A DNA stretch of 63,963 nucleotides, the filler included, from Stramenopiles sp. TOSAG23-3 (taxonomy: Eukaryota): the NCBI GenBank assembly GCA_900128585.1. It is 4 parts of 4 records of this genome, joined end to end, with 100 filler letters (N's around TTAATTAATTAA, not from the genome) between each part and the next. Parts side by side here need not be neighbours in the genome. Positions count along the whole stretch, not along the records: positions 1 to 20,614 come from LT642372.1; positions 20,715 to 41,291 come from LT642374.1; 2 more parts are not named here. One strand, written 5' to 3'. The notes under the pieces were generated by a model. That model had not been told where the DNA came from. It worked only from the letters and a program-made list of their open reading frames with translations, and did not search any database. Both the position numbers and the translations under genes were made by a program. Shown piece after piece: positions 10,197 to 20,731 of the stretch. Numbering within the stretch: position 1 is the first letter of the stretch; the number at the start of each line of letters is the position of its first letter.

Positions 10197-11834
10197 TCAC
10201 GCAAGGTTTTCACCACTGTTAAAGGCCTGGTAATCAACGTTGCTGCTGCTGTCCAAGCAATTCAAAACCGAGTCGCGCTCTTTTCCAAAATTGACAGGCA
10301 ATTTCAAAACGTATTTTTCAAGCGGGATTCCGATTGAAAATATTGCAAAGAAGACATATGCATCGTGTCTATGCTTCCCATCTAGCAAAAAAACACTGAT
10401 CAGCGCGCTGATACAAATATACGATAGTCTTACGCCGAAGAACTGCAGTAACTTCCTGTCTGTCCACTCCACTCCATAGCCATGAGCTACAGTGTGATTT
10501 AGATGAAGTATAGACACGGAAATTATTATAAGTGTGGTCCCCGAAATCGAAAGGTTCAAGGTTAGCGATGCAAGCGAGTTATTCTCAGCCATTTGGACTG
10601 CTGCAGAATTCAATCCCAAGCCTATAGACAGGATAAATATGCAAATTACAGACACATCGTGACTGAGTTGATACCTTGTCCTCGATCGCTGCATGGCAAT
10701 CAGAGAAGGCCGGTACGTATTGAAGTACAGCATTTTTACCACAATTGCATACAGAATAGCATCTAATTGCGGAGAGATGTTGTCGGCCGTTTTGTGCGCT
10801 TCTGCGAGATGTTCGTGGTAATCAGAAGCGTTTGCAGCGCAGTAATGCATGATACCAAACTCGCCTGATATGTCTGAAATCGCCGATTCTACCATTACAG
10901 CTATGTTTACAATAATAAACAAACCACACCGCTCGTTGAAGTACTCGATGTGCAAGGGTTCGCACTGGTTCCTGATAGAAGTAGCGAAAGGGATCACCAG
11001 GGGCGGCAATACTAATGGGATTATTGACGTGATCAATGAAATATACTCGCTTAACGGCCGGTCGAGAAAAATACTGGCCAAGTAAGGTGAGGCGCACAAA
11101 AGTAATGAAGACCCCTCCAAAATATTTATCGCCCTGTTCATTTCAGAGGCACTGGCGATGCAAAGTGACACGGCACCTAGCAATGACAACGAACAAGCCG
11201 TGCCAATGAAACAAATTCTACAAGGATCCCCCTCGACACTTGTTGCTCCACACGCAGTTTGTTTGACGCACTCTGGTAACCTAGCAATTCCAATCGTCTG
11301 CGCCAAAATTATACATACAATCAAAATCGTGTCATGAAACCTACCCGTGTGATAACGGTTCCGAAAAAAAGTTAAATGCCGCCAAATAACAGACACTGTG
11401 GCAAATCCTGTAAACAAAGACACCAATCCAGCTTCGATCCTTTCGTTTGCGATGGCAACGCTAGAAGCCTCCCAGTATCTCAAAATTTGTCCCACTAGAA
11501 TTAGGTCGAAAAATATGTCGAACCATTTCACTTTTCTGTGGGAATTTTGTCCACTATTTGCATAAGATTTGTCCTTCAACTGTATCCATGTTTGCTGACT
11601 AGCGGGAAAATTAAAAATACTTTTCTTCAGAGTGCGATGGGTGACTCCTGTATGCGCAGACGATACGGTACTGTTGAATGATTCAAACGATGCACCTGCG
11701 GTTCTCGAATAATAAGTCCCAGAACCATTGGAAGACGCCAAATTGACTTTGTCCTCGGGGTTAATAAGCCCTTGGCGCAACCAACTTTGCCGTTCAGCCT
11801 TGCTGGCCGTGGCGGTATCCACACGCAGTTCCAT
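10197..11834 (-). CDS. LtrA (low-temperature requirement A)-like polytopic membrane protein
   Basis: 'KVKWFDIFFDLILV' and 'HIEYFNERCGLFIIVNIA' match LtrA signature motifs (ELFFDL; H..ER.GLF.II); multiple TM segments. Confidence 0.8.
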   Translation of the reverse strand: MELRVDTATASKAERQSWLRQGLINPEDKVNLASSNGSGTYYSRTAGASFESFNSTVSSAHTGVTHRTLKKSIFNFPASQQTWIQLKDKSYANSGQNSHRKVKWFDIFFDLILVGQILRYWEASSVAIANERIEAGLVSLFTGFATVSVIWRHLTFFRNRYHTGRFHDTILIVCIILAQTIGIARLPECVKQTACGATSVEGDPCRICFIGTACSLSLLGAVSLCIASASEMNRAINILEGSSLLLCASPYLASIFLDRPLSEYISLITSIIPLVLPPLVIPFATSIRNQCEPLHIEYFNERCGLFIIVNIAVMVESAISDISGEFGIMHYCAANASDYHEHLAEAHKTADNISPQLDAILYAIVVKMLYFNTYRPSLIAMQRSRTRYQLSHDVSVICIFILSIGLGLNSAAVQMAENNSLASLTLNLSISGTTLIIISVSILHLNHTVAHGYGVEWTDRKLLQFFGVRLSYICISALISVFLLDGKHRHDAYVFFAIFSIGIPLEKYVLKLPVNFGKERDSVLNCLDSSSNVDYQAFNSGENLA

Positions 11835-12788
11835 TCTGAACTTTCGCAGTTGTCCTCTTTTGTTACTAGAACGCCCTGTTTGCGCGTCCTGTTCTTGTTC
11901 CTGTCACCGTGATCCTTTAGATTCCAAATTGTGGAACAATAAATTACTGGAAACAATAAAACTAATAACCACGCTTGTTTTTTAAGATTGCACCATGTGA
12001 TGTTTGGCCCTCTTGTTTATTCGCTTCATAGAACAAGAACCTTTGTTGTGGCAGCAACGTATTTTATATTGTAGTACAATAATATATTGTTTATTATAAC
12101 TATTATTATTACTTTTTTTTTATTCAACAACAACAACACCACCAATAATAAAAAAATTTCATTGTTTGTTGATACCGTGGTATAATAGTTTGAGATACCG
12201 TACAGGTAAAATATTAATAGCGGTACAGGTACAGTATGGAATTATATCGTAGTGAGTCAGTGTGATTGTATCTTTTCTTCCACGTTGCTCTCTCTTTAAT
12301 TAAAAGTAGAATCAATTATTAGAATGATTGGCAGTGATTTTTTTTAGTGAAATATTCCGAATTATTTCTATTTTTTCTATGCTATGTGATGTATCTCTTG
12401 GTGCACCAATTTCGCCAACGGTATACGGGTGTACAAAAAATAGGATTCTTGGTGCAGCAATTTCAGAATTACATATAGACAGTATTGCAAATCCAAATAT
12501 CAACTATGATAGTCTTCTACAAAGCAATTGAAAAAAAAAGAAAGAAAGAAAGAAAGAAATTATTTCATATTTTAATAACATTAACACAGCATACTGTTTC
12601 AGAATATTTAACAATACTTATGATCTTCCAGGGGTCAGTGGGGATGATAAGACGACAATAAATTTCACAATTATTTATATAAACACAGTATAGGCAATCT
12701 TCAAAGTTTTTTTATTTATATATAAAAAAAAAATGTTTTTTCTGAGGTGTAAAATCATAATACAATACAAAAATAAGATGACTTTATG

Positions 12789-15700
12789 TTAAATGATGTC
12801 TTTCCGCTTCTTCTTCTTCTGAAAACCTGAGGAAACCTTTGTACTAAGCTGTGCATAATTCAACGCATCAACGCCATCTTCAGCAAAGTTCGAGCGATCG
12901 GTGATTGTAAGGCTTTCTCGTGCCGACGACTTTTTGGGCGGAGTACATTTTGGCGGCGCTGGTTGTTTGTTGTCACCACGCGGGGAAGGCAGAGAGAGGC
13001 GTCGGTCTTGCTTAATCAAATCTTCATTTTTCTGCTTAAAGTGTGACTTAAACTTTGCTTGCTTCAGTTTTTTCTTTACCCAGGACGGCGTGTCACTGAT
13101 AAAGACTGCCAGGCAAATTTTAATTCCAATCATCGCGTGCTCCAGCAGTACCAGGTTGAATGGGTCGAGGTGTATTGCATTTGGGGAGGTAGACACGGTG
13201 TTTGAATCGCTCAAAGTAAAGTATATGAGCGCAAAATTGCAAACAACGGCAAGGAGAGCCAGAAACTCCAAGACCCTAACCCATGACTTTCCTATACTGT
13301 CCACTACTTTCGGCGTAGGCCTTTCGATGTAATTGAGGTACAGGTTCATTTCCCCGTAGCTTTGGACAATATTAACGATCAAACTTATGACTGGAGCCAG
13401 GGGGAAAGCAGCAGAAAAATTAATCAAGTAGCTAAACTGTTGAATCAATTCAGCATAATCGTCCAAAATCCCGTCGTACCGGCCACGAATGTTATTCTCG
13501 CGCAGGTAGGAAATGTTCCTCTTGTGCTCCTTCTCCTTCGTAGTAGGCAACACGGAATCCTCCACGCGATCCTTACTGCTGCCGCACCAGTCCTTCGACT
13601 TGTACTTCATCGCTGGGAGGACAATTTGCTTGACAGTATTGACCACTTGTTTCGAAACCATAATCGTGAACAAAAGCGTGTACAGCTTTATTCTGTTGCG
13701 TTGCACGAACGCGGTGTGAAACAAAGCAACGTTCCCGTTGATCAATTGGAACAGGAAAACTTTTACGGTGAGGGACTGCTGGAACGATGCGTCCGTTCGG
13801 TGGTTCTCAAAATCACAAACCTGTCGCGCCAAAATAGAATACGCCCTGTTCAATATAATAATAGAAAGACCGTTCAGTATGCCCCCAATCATGCTTATGT
13901 ACACCGGCATACCTTTGGACATTTCGTTCCAGCTTTGCAGCACAAGAAAGCCGGCTATGATGCCAGCTCCCAAGACCAACAAAATAGGGATTTGGAGGGA
14001 TGTTCTCATCCAACGCTTGGACGATGGAAAATATTTTACTGTATCGCCACTTATGGGATCTACCCTTTCGTTCCCAAAAAAACCTTTTCGTACGCGGTTC
14101 CCTTCAAGATCTGCTCCTGGCGAAACAATTCCATCATTCAGCCCCCACACGGTCTTTATTTCGCTAGATTTCCTTTTCCAATATTCGACGAAAAGTGTGG
14201 CCCAAATACTCAAGTACACGGAAAAGTAAATAGCATTCGTAGCGTCAAAAATACCAGCGTTCAAATCTCCTGCATCCACAATTGAATACAACTGTATGGC
14301 CCCGACAACCATCCCGGGCAACGCGATGAAAATCAAGAAGAGATTGTAGCAGTACAAGAAGGAGAAGTAGAACCCCAACTCTTCCCCAAAGTAGTACGTG
14401 ATTGTAGTGAACAGAGAGAACTGATTGTGCTGATTTTCGAAGAAGCATTCGTGGAGGGTGGCCCACTTCGGCGTCCATTTGAACCACATTTTCTTGAGAG
14501 TTTTAATCTCTTTGCTGTTGTGCAGCACTGTGACGCGAGTGAGGATGGTAAAATAGGACTCAATGTTTACGCCTTTGTCGCAAATATGGTTCAACAAAAT
14601 CTTTATTTTGTCCCGCGAATTCCACGGCTGGAACATTCTGAGAAGATCCTTGCGAAACGGGACACGGTCGTCCGAAAATATATACTCACAGTGGTACTCC
14701 ATCTTTTCTGCCCATTCGTCAAACTTTTCTGATCCACGCAGGACGCCAACTTTCATGATAACCTTTGTTCCATCATCATTTGCATATATCTGCCTGCACG
14801 ATATGCCATGCGCCAGCAAAATGTTTTCTAACTTTACCTTTGTGTTTTCTTTCCAGACGCTCTTAACAGCGCTCTTTTTACTGCTGCAGCAGCTGAAGAA
14901 CGGTTTGTCCTCCGCACTCAGATCGTACTCAAACGTCAAAAAATTATCATAATTGCCTTTCTTAATACTGCCTCGATTCTGATAATCTTGAATAGTAACA
15001 CCGTACTTGTTGGCGCGGATAGACTTTTCGTATTCCATCTTTGCGAGTCCTATCGACTCTAAGCATTTTTCTATTGCTTTTATTGTTTTCTTCGTACCTC
15101 CAAATCTTTCGTCGAAGTTCTCCATCACATAAGCAATATGAAGCGGCGTGTTGCCCTCAAAGTCTCGCTTCATCATGTTACTCCAAATTTTCTTCTTACT
15201 TTTATCGTCGTCTTTTTTGAAAAACTCGTCAAAAAACTCTTCTTTGAACGCCTCGTTTCTTCCCATCGTTGCTGCGGCATGAAACGCATTCTGCTGTCGC
15301 ATTACCGCATGCTTCCACTTGTACAGGGAAGAAATATCAATTTTCCTCGACTGGGCATACGTCAGCGCCAGCTGCACCACGTCAAACTTACCAAAGAATG
15401 TTGCCCAGAACACCAACTTTTTCAAATGTTCTAATTTGAAGATCTTGCCTGCTTTCTTGCCTGAACTTTCGTGGCTTTCCATCAGGGATTTAGTGCATTC
15501 AAGGGTCTGAATAGCAATATTCTCGTAGTCCTCGACGGAGGCGAAGTAGTACGACTTGGGCAGCACCTCCCGGGAGTACAGCAAGGTGTCTGCGTCGATG
15601 AACTTATCAGTTGTATTTTTGCGAAATTCTAGTTCCAGCATCTTTCGAAAGTACAGCGAACCGACGACATCAAGAACTACGTGTCCCAGAGAGTTATCTT

Positions 15701-16277
15701 TCCATAATAATCGCGCAAATCCGTCACTATATTTTTCTTTTCTTATTCTATCCAAAGCGGTATCTTTGTTTTTATCTTCCCGCCCCACTTTAACCATCTG
15801 CTCAAACGCCGTCCAAGTGCCGTGCGTCGCAAGCCAGTGAAGGCACGACGTTTTGGAGCTCTTGTTATAACCAAACTGGTCTATCGAGCCCCTGCAGTCC
15901 TTCAGTAGCTTTTCAATGCACTTTTTCTGGTTCTCTTCTCCTGATTTGTTTTTTGCCCGGTCTATGCAAGCTAGAATAATTGGTGTGTTGCCGTAGTAGT
16001 CACGCCCACGGGCCAGTTTCTTGCGCCCATCCTCGGAATGTTTTTGGGCTATTTTGTCCAATAGGACAGTATTGAATTGCCTGGCCGCTACGTGATACAA
16101 GTTTCGCTGTTCATTTGTGTGAAACGAACTCAGTAACTCCGATGCGTTGACATTGTCGACAAAAGAAGTCATCTGCGTTGGAGTGAAACTGGATGAAAAC
16201 ATTTTCGCGCTTGTCCTTTTTCGTTTGGGGAGATCGCTTTGCTCATCCTTCTTAGGAGCTACTTTTCCACCACCCAT
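12789..16277 (-). CDS. Anoctamin/TMEM16 channel-scramblase with N-terminal ankyrin repeats
   Basis: 1162 aa. Ankyrins 'GNTPIILAC', 'SCLHWLA', 'NAFHAAA', 'GNTPLHIA'. Anoctamin motifs 'YYFGEELGFYFSFL', 'FVEYWKRK', 'ENHRT', 'KVFLFQLIN', 'DDYAELIQQF', 'FSAAFPLAP', 'EH', 'DTPSWV'. Confidence 0.93.
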   Translation of the reverse strand: MGGGKVAPKKDEQSDLPKRKRTSAKMFSSSFTPTQMTSFVDNVNASELLSSFHTNEQRNLYHVAARQFNTVLLDKIAQKHSEDGRKKLARGRDYYGNTPIILACIDRAKNKSGEENQKKCIEKLLKDCRGSIDQFGYNKSSKTSCLHWLATHGTWTAFEQMVKVGREDKNKDTALDRIRKEKYSDGFARLLWKDNSLGHVVLDVVGSLYFRKMLELEFRKNTTDKFIDADTLLYSREVLPKSYYFASVEDYENIAIQTLECTKSLMESHESSGKKAGKIFKLEHLKKLVFWATFFGKFDVVQLALTYAQSRKIDISSLYKWKHAVMRQQNAFHAAATMGRNEAFKEEFFDEFFKKDDDKSKKKIWSNMMKRDFEGNTPLHIAYVMENFDERFGGTKKTIKAIEKCLESIGLAKMEYEKSIRANKYGVTIQDYQNRGSIKKGNYDNFLTFEYDLSAEDKPFFSCCSSKKSAVKSVWKENTKVKLENILLAHGISCRQIYANDDGTKVIMKVGVLRGSEKFDEWAEKMEYHCEYIFSDDRVPFRKDLLRMFQPWNSRDKIKILLNHICDKGVNIESYFTILTRVTVLHNSKEIKTLKKMWFKWTPKWATLHECFFENQHNQFSLFTTITYYFGEELGFYFSFLYCYNLFLIFIALPGMVVGAIQLYSIVDAGDLNAGIFDATNAIYFSVYLSIWATLFVEYWKRKSSEIKTVWGLNDGIVSPGADLEGNRVRKGFFGNERVDPISGDTVKYFPSSKRWMRTSLQIPILLVLGAGIIAGFLVLQSWNEMSKGMPVYISMIGGILNGLSIIILNRAYSILARQVCDFENHRTDASFQQSLTVKVFLFQLINGNVALFHTAFVQRNRIKLYTLLFTIMVSKQVVNTVKQIVLPAMKYKSKDWCGSSKDRVEDSVLPTTKEKEHKRNISYLRENNIRGRYDGILDDYAELIQQFSYLINFSAAFPLAPVISLIVNIVQSYGEMNLYLNYIERPTPKVVDSIGKSWVRVLEFLALLAVVCNFALIYFTLSDSNTVSTSPNAIHLDPFNLVLLEHAMIGIKICLAVFISDTPSWVKKKLKQAKFKSHFKQKNEDLIKQDRRLSLPSPRGDNKQPAPPKCTPPKKSSARESLTITDRSNFAEDGVDALNYAQLSTKVSSGFQKKKKRKDII

Positions 16278-17279
16278 ACTGACGGACGGGGTGAGGCCGG
16301 TTTGTTGTTCACCAAGCAGAGAGAAAGGGGCTGAGATGCTTGCCTCCGGGGAAACTGGAGTGTACGTGTTTATTTTACCTTGGCCACCTCTGGTTTTCTT
16401 GTCACGTCAATCTGCATCTGTTCTTTGCGTCGATCGTCGATTGAAATTTTACTTTAACACATAAGAGTTGTACTTCAACCCTAGCAACGCGCACGTTTCC
16501 TTCGTCACTTGCAATAATAAATAGTAAATAATTATTATATTATATTTATTAAAACAATTTTTTTCATCCCCACTCTACTGGGACTCGTACGGTGGTGGGA
16601 CTAGCTACGGTATTAATATTATATTGTACGAAGTACTACCGAACTAGATAGAAATACACTGTCAACTAATTTCGACCGTTATACTTTAGTACTTAAATAT
16701 ACTTTAATCATATACTAATAATACAAATACCTATTAAACCATTTCCCAACATTCCTCGTAATAATATAGACTAGTTATTATATTGAACCAGAGTGAGCGC
16801 TACGCGCTACGTCTTACTCTCTCAATTCAACTTTTATATTATAGCGCTATATGAGGAGACTTGACCTTTTCTAAAATTATAAATAAATATTAATTCCACC
16901 ACACCACGCATCCAGTCGGTACGTTCTTCGTATAATAAATAGGAAGAAGAATATTACACTGTAAAAAATATGAAGGAGGAGGAGTGTAAGTTTATTAAAC
17001 GAATTGCTCATCATCTTTTTTATTTATTTTTATTGAGACATCACATGTACCTTCTCGTAATATATATAAAATGTTGTTGACTCTTTATATTATTTACACA
17101 ATATATCGAAAGAAAAGAGAGAACTTTTTTCAATTTTATATGAATGAAAATTATTTATGGCGTATTTTTACGCCGTGGGTCTTCGTTTTTTATCAATGCT
17201 CGTACGCGTGTTCTTTTTTCGGTTTTGGTTCTGTATAGCTAGGTAATAAAGTTATTACATTATTGCGACTTTGTAGGGT

Positions 17280-17738
17280 ATGAATCATGCAAATGCGCCG
17301 TTGAGTAAAGCCTGTGCGTCCGGCTACTTGGACATGGTGTACACGCTCCACCGAAAAAAGTTTGCAAACGTTAACAACACTGATCATTGTGGGATTACGC
17401 CACTGGCATGGGCTGCAAAATTTAACCGAATAGAAGTTATGAAATACTTGATAGATCAGGGGGCGATCATAGACCGCAGATCTTCGATTGCTTCGAGAAC
17501 ACCGTTGCAGGTAGCTTGTGCCCAGGGAAACAAGTGCATCCAGGCTGTCGCTTTGCTGTTACAGCACGGTGCGTCTCTCGAGTTGAAATGCACGAGCGAC
17601 GTGCAGGAGATGAATGGCACGGCATTTGACCAAGCGTCAAAATGTATAAATGAATCGAAACGTTTGTTAAAGATGTTGAAAGCTCGCATTGAGTACCTTG
17701 AAAAGCAGGCGGGAAGAAATAAAATGCTGTCCCCGTGA
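17280..17738 (+). CDS. Small ankyrin-repeat protein (5' end possibly in an upstream exon)
   Basis: 'PLSKACASG', 'GITPLAWAA', 'RTPLQVACAQG', 'GTAFDQA'; an AG acceptor-like site lies at 17275-17276, just before the ATG. Confidence 0.8.
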   Translation: MNHANAPLSKACASGYLDMVYTLHRKKFANVNNTDHCGITPLAWAAKFNRIEVMKYLIDQGAIIDRRSSIASRTPLQVACAQGNKCIQAVALLLQHGASLELKCTSDVQEMNGTAFDQASKCINESKRLLKMLKARIEYLEKQAGRNKMLSP

Positions 17739-18232
17739 GAAAGGCAAAACCACACTTTTGTGAACGGTGTCTTCTGAAACACAAAGGGGTAAATTTGTAA
17801 TACGTAACACACATTTAATAAAAACTAATTTGAAAACCAAAAATATATGCTACAAAATTTGCCCCGCCCTGCCATGGGTTACCCACTCCCAGCCCAATCT
17901 ACCTGTTCACATGTCGACAAAATAAAAGCAATAATAAGAGAATTGAGCCGGGCGATTGTGGGTTCGAATGACTAAGCTACTACTATAATCAACGATCAAA
18001 AAGTTATCCTTGATTTGATGTTTTTAAAAAGGTTTACATGAAAACTTATCTCTACTGTTGTGATCTTGTGAGTTTTTTTTTTAAATATTTTTTACCCTTT
18101 CTCCATTAAATTTTATTTTACAGTTCAATTACATTTACTTTATACATATTGGAAAGATAACTGAATTTGTTTCTTTTTTTCTCTTTTTTACATAAATTGA
18201 AACATCGGTGTGTTTGGGAAACATTCTCACTG

Positions 18233-20188
18233 CTACTGTGCACTGCTCTCCCTCAGCGTCACACACTCCTTGTACCATTGCGCTGTCCTTTTCATCCCTT
18301 CTTCGAACGATACTCTTGGCTTGTAGCCTATCAATTTCTTTGCCTTATCTATGTTGGCGCACGTGCGCGGCACATCCCCCGGCTGCATTGGCATAACATT
18401 TATCTTGGCCTTTTTCCCCGCGCAATCTGCGGCGATGCTAATGAAGCGCTTCAGACTAATGGGTCTTCCGTTTCCTAAATTATATACCTGGCAACCAAGC
18501 GGGTTATCGAGGGCCCCGATGACTCCGCTGACAATGTCATCGATGTACGTGTAGTCGCGCTCGCTGCTTCCGTCCCCATACTGGTCTATTGTGATCCCGC
18601 TGAATATGCGGTGAATAAACTTGTACGGGGCCATGTCAGGCCTTCCACGAGGTCCGTACACTGTGAAGAACCGCAGACCTGCGGTGGGCATTTTGTACAA
18701 ATGGTTGTAAGTCGCCGCCAGCAACTCGCAGGCCTTCTTTGTCGCAGCATACGGCGACACCGGGGCGTCCACAATGTCCGTTTCCCGGAACACGGCATTG
18801 TTCGATCCGCCGTAAACGGACGAAGAGCTTGCGTACACGAAATGTTTGCAGTTGTGCTTTCTTGCGATGTCCAACAAAGTCGTGGTCCCACGCACATTGC
18901 TGTGGACGTAAATGAGGGGATCATTTATGGACGGGCGAACCCCAGCCCGGGCTGCCAAGTGCACGACATGGGTAATGCCATGCAACTCGAACAGACTGGA
19001 CATAGCGTCGGCGTTGCAAATGTCGTCGCAGACAACGGTGAGCGTTCCCGTAGATTGCCTGGCGACTTTTTTCACCCACTGCAAGTTTTCGTTCTTTTGT
19101 TTAATGTCGTAATACTGGTTCATTTCGTCCACAATGACGACGTTGTCTCCGCGCTTTAACAAGTTCACAGAGGTGTGGCTACCAACAAAGCCCGCTCCGC
19201 CTGTCACCAACACTGTTTTCTTCTCCACGATCGCTTTCTGGACAGGGGTCTCGAACTGCGCCCCTTGCTTCTGCTCGTCCTGTGCGGAATCCTCAGCGAT
19301 TCTAAGGTTTAGGCGAACATCTTCTTCTGTCAAAATGTCGCTGGACAATTTTCGTTTTTGTCCCACTTTCTCAACAACGACGTGCTCGGCAACCCCGTCG
19401 ATCGATTTTGGAAAAAGGCTCATCTGGCTCTGGGGGCGGGATACTTTGCTTTGCATTTTCAGCTCGTGCTTCGCTTTCCTCACCTCGTCTTCAAAATTGG
19501 TATCCCAGTTGATGGAATCGAGCTGCACAATCTTTGCTCTGTTGGTCTCGGCAGAGCATACGCTCTGGATTAATGAGACAGCGGCCACTTCTTCCACCCC
19601 AGCACTTGTGCCTGCGATGAGCCCATCAGCCACCATTGGAAATCCAATTCTCCCCAACTTGTGTGTATTCCACAACGCCAAGGTGTTCCACGGGACCGTA
19701 CGGCCATTGATTGGAACCTTGGTGTTCCCCTGTTGAAAGTCGTGGCCTGGCAGTTGTGCTCCAACAACGAGCGTGCATTCATCGTGCAGCCCAAGTAGCT
19801 TCGCGGCGTCTTTTTGCCCTGCAATCATCTCCAGGGACTGAAATAGAATGTATTTCGCCTGCACCGCCATTGACCGTCGTAGTAGGGCATTCAACGCCGG
19901 GGTGAACGTGGACCATTCCGAGACACCAACAACTGTTGTTCTTGATGCTGCGGTAGCGCTGACAGAAGCGTCGACGATACGCTTAACTGCAGAGTAAAGT
20001 GAAATTTCGCCGGATATCTCTCCGGTCAATTCCACTTTCACCGCAATGAGAACATGGCCTGCGTACGAAGCAGCGGTCTCTACGAAAGCCACTACCCGGT
20101 CGCAGAATGCCGGCGTCACCCGGTCCACTGACCCGTGGATCCTCGTGGCCACGCACAATTGAGTTAAATCTGTTAGTTTGTTTGGCAT
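18233..20188 (-). CDS. Fusion: uncharacterised N-terminal (putative GT-A-like) domain + UDP-glucuronate 4-epimerase (extended SDR)
   Basis: C-terminal half has 'VLVTGGAGFVGSH', 'HLAARAGVRPS', 'YASSSSVYG', 'SPYAATKK', 'LRFFTVYGPRGRPDMA', 'RDYTYIDDIV', 'MQPGDV', typical of GAE/WcaG; a ~270-aa globular N-terminal domain is in the same ORF. Confidence 0.88.
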   Translation of the reverse strand: MPNKLTDLTQLCVATRIHGSVDRVTPAFCDRVVAFVETAASYAGHVLIAVKVELTGEISGEISLYSAVKRIVDASVSATAASRTTVVGVSEWSTFTPALNALLRRSMAVQAKYILFQSLEMIAGQKDAAKLLGLHDECTLVVGAQLPGHDFQQGNTKVPINGRTVPWNTLALWNTHKLGRIGFPMVADGLIAGTSAGVEEVAAVSLIQSVCSAETNRAKIVQLDSINWDTNFEDEVRKAKHELKMQSKVSRPQSQMSLFPKSIDGVAEHVVVEKVGQKRKLSSDILTEEDVRLNLRIAEDSAQDEQKQGAQFETPVQKAIVEKKTVLVTGGAGFVGSHTSVNLLKRGDNVVIVDEMNQYYDIKQKNENLQWVKKVARQSTGTLTVVCDDICNADAMSSLFELHGITHVVHLAARAGVRPSINDPLIYVHSNVRGTTTLLDIARKHNCKHFVYASSSSVYGGSNNAVFRETDIVDAPVSPYAATKKACELLAATYNHLYKMPTAGLRFFTVYGPRGRPDMAPYKFIHRIFSGITIDQYGDGSSERDYTYIDDIVSGVIGALDNPLGCQVYNLGNGRPISLKRFISIAADCAGKKAKINVMPMQPGDVPRTCANIDKAKKLIGYKPRVSFEEGMKRTAQWYKECVTLRESSAQ

Positions 20189-20614
20189 AGTTCAATTGTT
20201 TGTTGTATGAAATTAGATTATTGTTACATCCATGACTTGCTCTACTGGGAACTTTTCTCTCGCACAATTTTGCTACTCGTAAGGCGCCGATATACACTGT
20301 TCGATCGTGGTAATAAGTACCACGAATAGAATAGAACGAACACGAAAAGTGTTCTTTTACAAAATGAAAGACGACAACAACAAATGAGAGATGACAAATA
20401 ACAGCATCAGAGCGTCTGAATATGTTTTCACCTCCTGATCTTCATCATTCACGACTTTTTTGCTTTTTTTTTGGTTCTTTTGGGCACTTTGTATTTTAAT
20501 GCTATGATTATGTTAATTGGAACAGTTAAAATTATGACTTTTTTTTTTGGATGTTCTTTTTGCGTTCTTCGATCAGGCTTGTTGAACTGACTACGGTAAT
20601 AATATAGAAATATA

Positions 20615-20714
20615 NNNNNNNNNNNNNNNNNNNNNNNNNNNNNNNNNNNNNNNNNNNNTTAATTAATTAANNNNNNNNNNNNNNNNNNNNNNNNNNNNNN
20701 NNNNNNNNNNNNNN
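20615..20714. other. Artificial scaffold-concatenation linker
   Basis: 44 N + TTAATTAATTAA (stops in all six frames) + 44 N = 100 nt. Confidence 0.97.
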
Positions 20715-20731
20715 AGGTACGGAGTGAAAAC

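Noticed and set aside
16970..17279. Possible upstream exon ATGAAGGAGGAGGAGT|GTAAGT for the small ankyrin gene
   Set aside because: Joining to the AG sites at 17238, 17242 or 17276 gives frameshifts or stops; unresolved without transcripts
17945..17980. GGGTTCGAAT resembling a tRNA T-loop / Pol III B-box
   Set aside because: No T-stem closure, acceptor stem or cloverleaf could be built around it
20659..20670. TTAATTAATTAA palindrome recurring three times, as a biological site
   Set aside because: Always centred in exactly 88 N; a synthetic six-frame-stop linker
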